Shown here in pieces: positions 39,629-39,650 of a DNA stretch of 39,650 nt (position 1 is its first letter; each line of letters starts with the position of its first letter). A model generated the notes under the pieces. It did no database searches, was not told the origin of the DNA, and saw only the letters and a list, made by a program, of their open reading frames with translations. The stretch is taken from positions 1 to 39,650 of the forward strand of contig JBNKMQ010000252.1 in NCBI GenBank assembly GCA_050293225.1. The letters run 5' to 3'. Source of the DNA: Sedimenticolaceae bacterium. Its GTDB lineage: Bacteria; Pseudomonadota; Gammaproteobacteria; Chromatiales; Chromatiaceae. A program made the translations under genes and the position numbers.

Positions 39629-39650
39629 CCGGAAGATTTAATCAGTCACC

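Overview
A 39.65-kb chromosomal window from a Gammaproteobacterium. Gene order and style are compatible with a Chromatiales/Sedimenticolaceae-like organism, but that placement is inference only. The backbone is housekeeping: hemA-prfA-prmC-(hypothetical)-moeB, gatCAB, mreBCD-mrdA-rodA-mltB-rlpA-dacA-ybeD-lipB-lipA, murU, trxA-rho and mlaFED-B. Several accessory modules interrupt it. (1) A DUF1302-like outer-membrane protein (truncated by the window edge and absent from the ORF track) with a LolA-like partner. (2) A rhombosortase, a small lipoprotein and a GlyGly-CTERM reprolysin-like metalloprotease. (3) A DUF6502-like HTH protein and a DUF5666-like repeat lipoprotein inserted between gatC and mreB, with a palindromic candidate operator. 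(4) A complete MNIO (DUF692) RiPP cluster of the oxazolin/bufferin type, with a 6x EGKCG precursor. (5) An uncharacterised, tightly coupled GCS2-fold ligase and M14 hydrolase pair. Non-coding signals include an IS5-like MITE, a heptamer-repeat inverted-repeat element in front of lipB, a probable AUU start for mreC, and an mla operon lacking mlaC. No rRNA, tRNA or CRISPR array was seen. All family assignments come from motif recognition by eye, not from database searches.
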